From: Protoeuglena noctilucae
Lineage: Eukaryota
Reading direction: 5' to 3'
NCBI GenBank assembly: GCA_958009085.1
Contig: OY253678.1
Span: forward strand, 682,001 to 746,000
DNA length: 64,000 nt
Shown piece after piece: positions 63,154 to 64,000 of the stretch. A program made the translations under genes and the position numbers. The notes under the pieces are model-generated. The model ran no database searches. It was not told the DNA's origin and saw only the letters and a program-made list of their open reading frames with translations. The number at the start of each line of letters is the position of its first letter. Position 1 is the first letter of the stretch.

Positions 63154-64000
63154 ATGGGTTCGCCCAACCACTCGCGTCCGAGCTCCGCAAAGCTCAAAGA
63201 AGGTGCGCTGGTTTTCCCGCGTGGCGCGACGCCGGGAGGGGGCTGCGTGTCGTGGCCCAGGTCGCCATCGCCGTTTCATCAATTCCGGGGCATTTGTCGT
63301 CGTCGGTACCCTGTGCGCTACTCCCCTGTTTCACCTCGTTGCTCGCAGCTCTGCGGGCACACTCCGAGCGCGTCATCGGAGCGTACACGGATGGCGCGGT
63401 GAGAGCTCCACTGCTTGGCTTGTTTCTCCCTCCCTTGTTCACCTGGCCGCCCATTCCTTCGCGCGTGGCATGTCAATGATGCAAGCACTCATCCGCTTTC
63501 CCGCGCGACCGCAGAACTCCTCGGCTGGAGGGGTCTCCCTGGGCCCCAGTGGCAGGTGGAGCCCACCCACGCCGACCCGGCCTCAGCCGCACCGCCGTCA
63601 CTCCGGTGAGATGCGGCGAGAGTCTGGAACCGCGCTCTCGGCGCAGCTCGCGAGCGCTGCGCCGCACCGTGCTCATCCTGCCCACATGCTCACCCCCGCC
63701 ATCGCAGAGAGGATGAAGCGGATGAAGAGCCTGGCCGCGGAGACCATTCAGTCGCTCGACCCCAATGAGATGCTCATCATCAAGCAGCCATCCCTGCCAA
63801 AGGCTCCCAGGTGTGGGCCTCCTGCGAGCGCGACACCACTGCTGGCTCTGTGCTGCATCGATGGCATGGCGCCATCACACCGCTCTTACCCTTCCCCTGC
63901 TCGCTCCGGCCCCAGCCTGAGCAACCGTCTGCCCCGCACCGGCAGCACCAGCATCAGCATCAGCACGAAGTCGCCACCGACGTCGCGGCCAGGGTCGGGA
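63154..64000 (+). CDS. Hypothetical protein, 5' part (runs off the window)
   Basis: ATG 'MGSPNHSRPSSAKLKE' followed by short exons with clear ag|...|gt boundaries, e.g. 'RMKRMKSLAAETIQSLDPNEMLIIKQPSLPKAP'. Confidence 0.45.

Overview
GC-rich, intron-rich, gene-dense eukaryotic nuclear DNA, most likely a chlorophyte green alga. That assignment is inferred from plastid-type DapL, PPH1/TAP38, a TOUGH-like gene, AP2/bZIP domains and Chlamydomonas-style membrane cyclases. About 22 spliced protein genes are recognisable; exon boundaries were read by eye, so some gene ends are approximate. The genes are: ceramide kinase (partial), an AP2+bZIP-basic-region factor, DapL, GPATCH1/TOUGH, a Sas10/Utp3-Lcp5 hybrid, GNAT, an EF-hand protein, coiled-coil proteins, a CID-domain protein, a C2 tail-anchored protein, a class III nucleotide cyclase, PPH1/TAP38, a catalytically degenerate RNase Z, Uso1/p115, a bacterial-type ALS-like TPP enzyme and PDCD2. 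At 57268-62847 there is an apparently complete ~5.6 kb Plavaka (CMC-type) DNA transposon with a perfect 16-bp TIR, subterminal repeat arrays, a putative target-site duplication and an intact spliced transposase. Main points of interest: the intact Plavaka element, frequent GC-AG introns (including in the transposase), a pseudo-RNase Z that keeps its tRNA-binding arm and carries a SAP-like domain, a cyclase with non-canonical base-specificity residues, and two domain fusions. No rRNA, tRNA or CRISPR array was seen.
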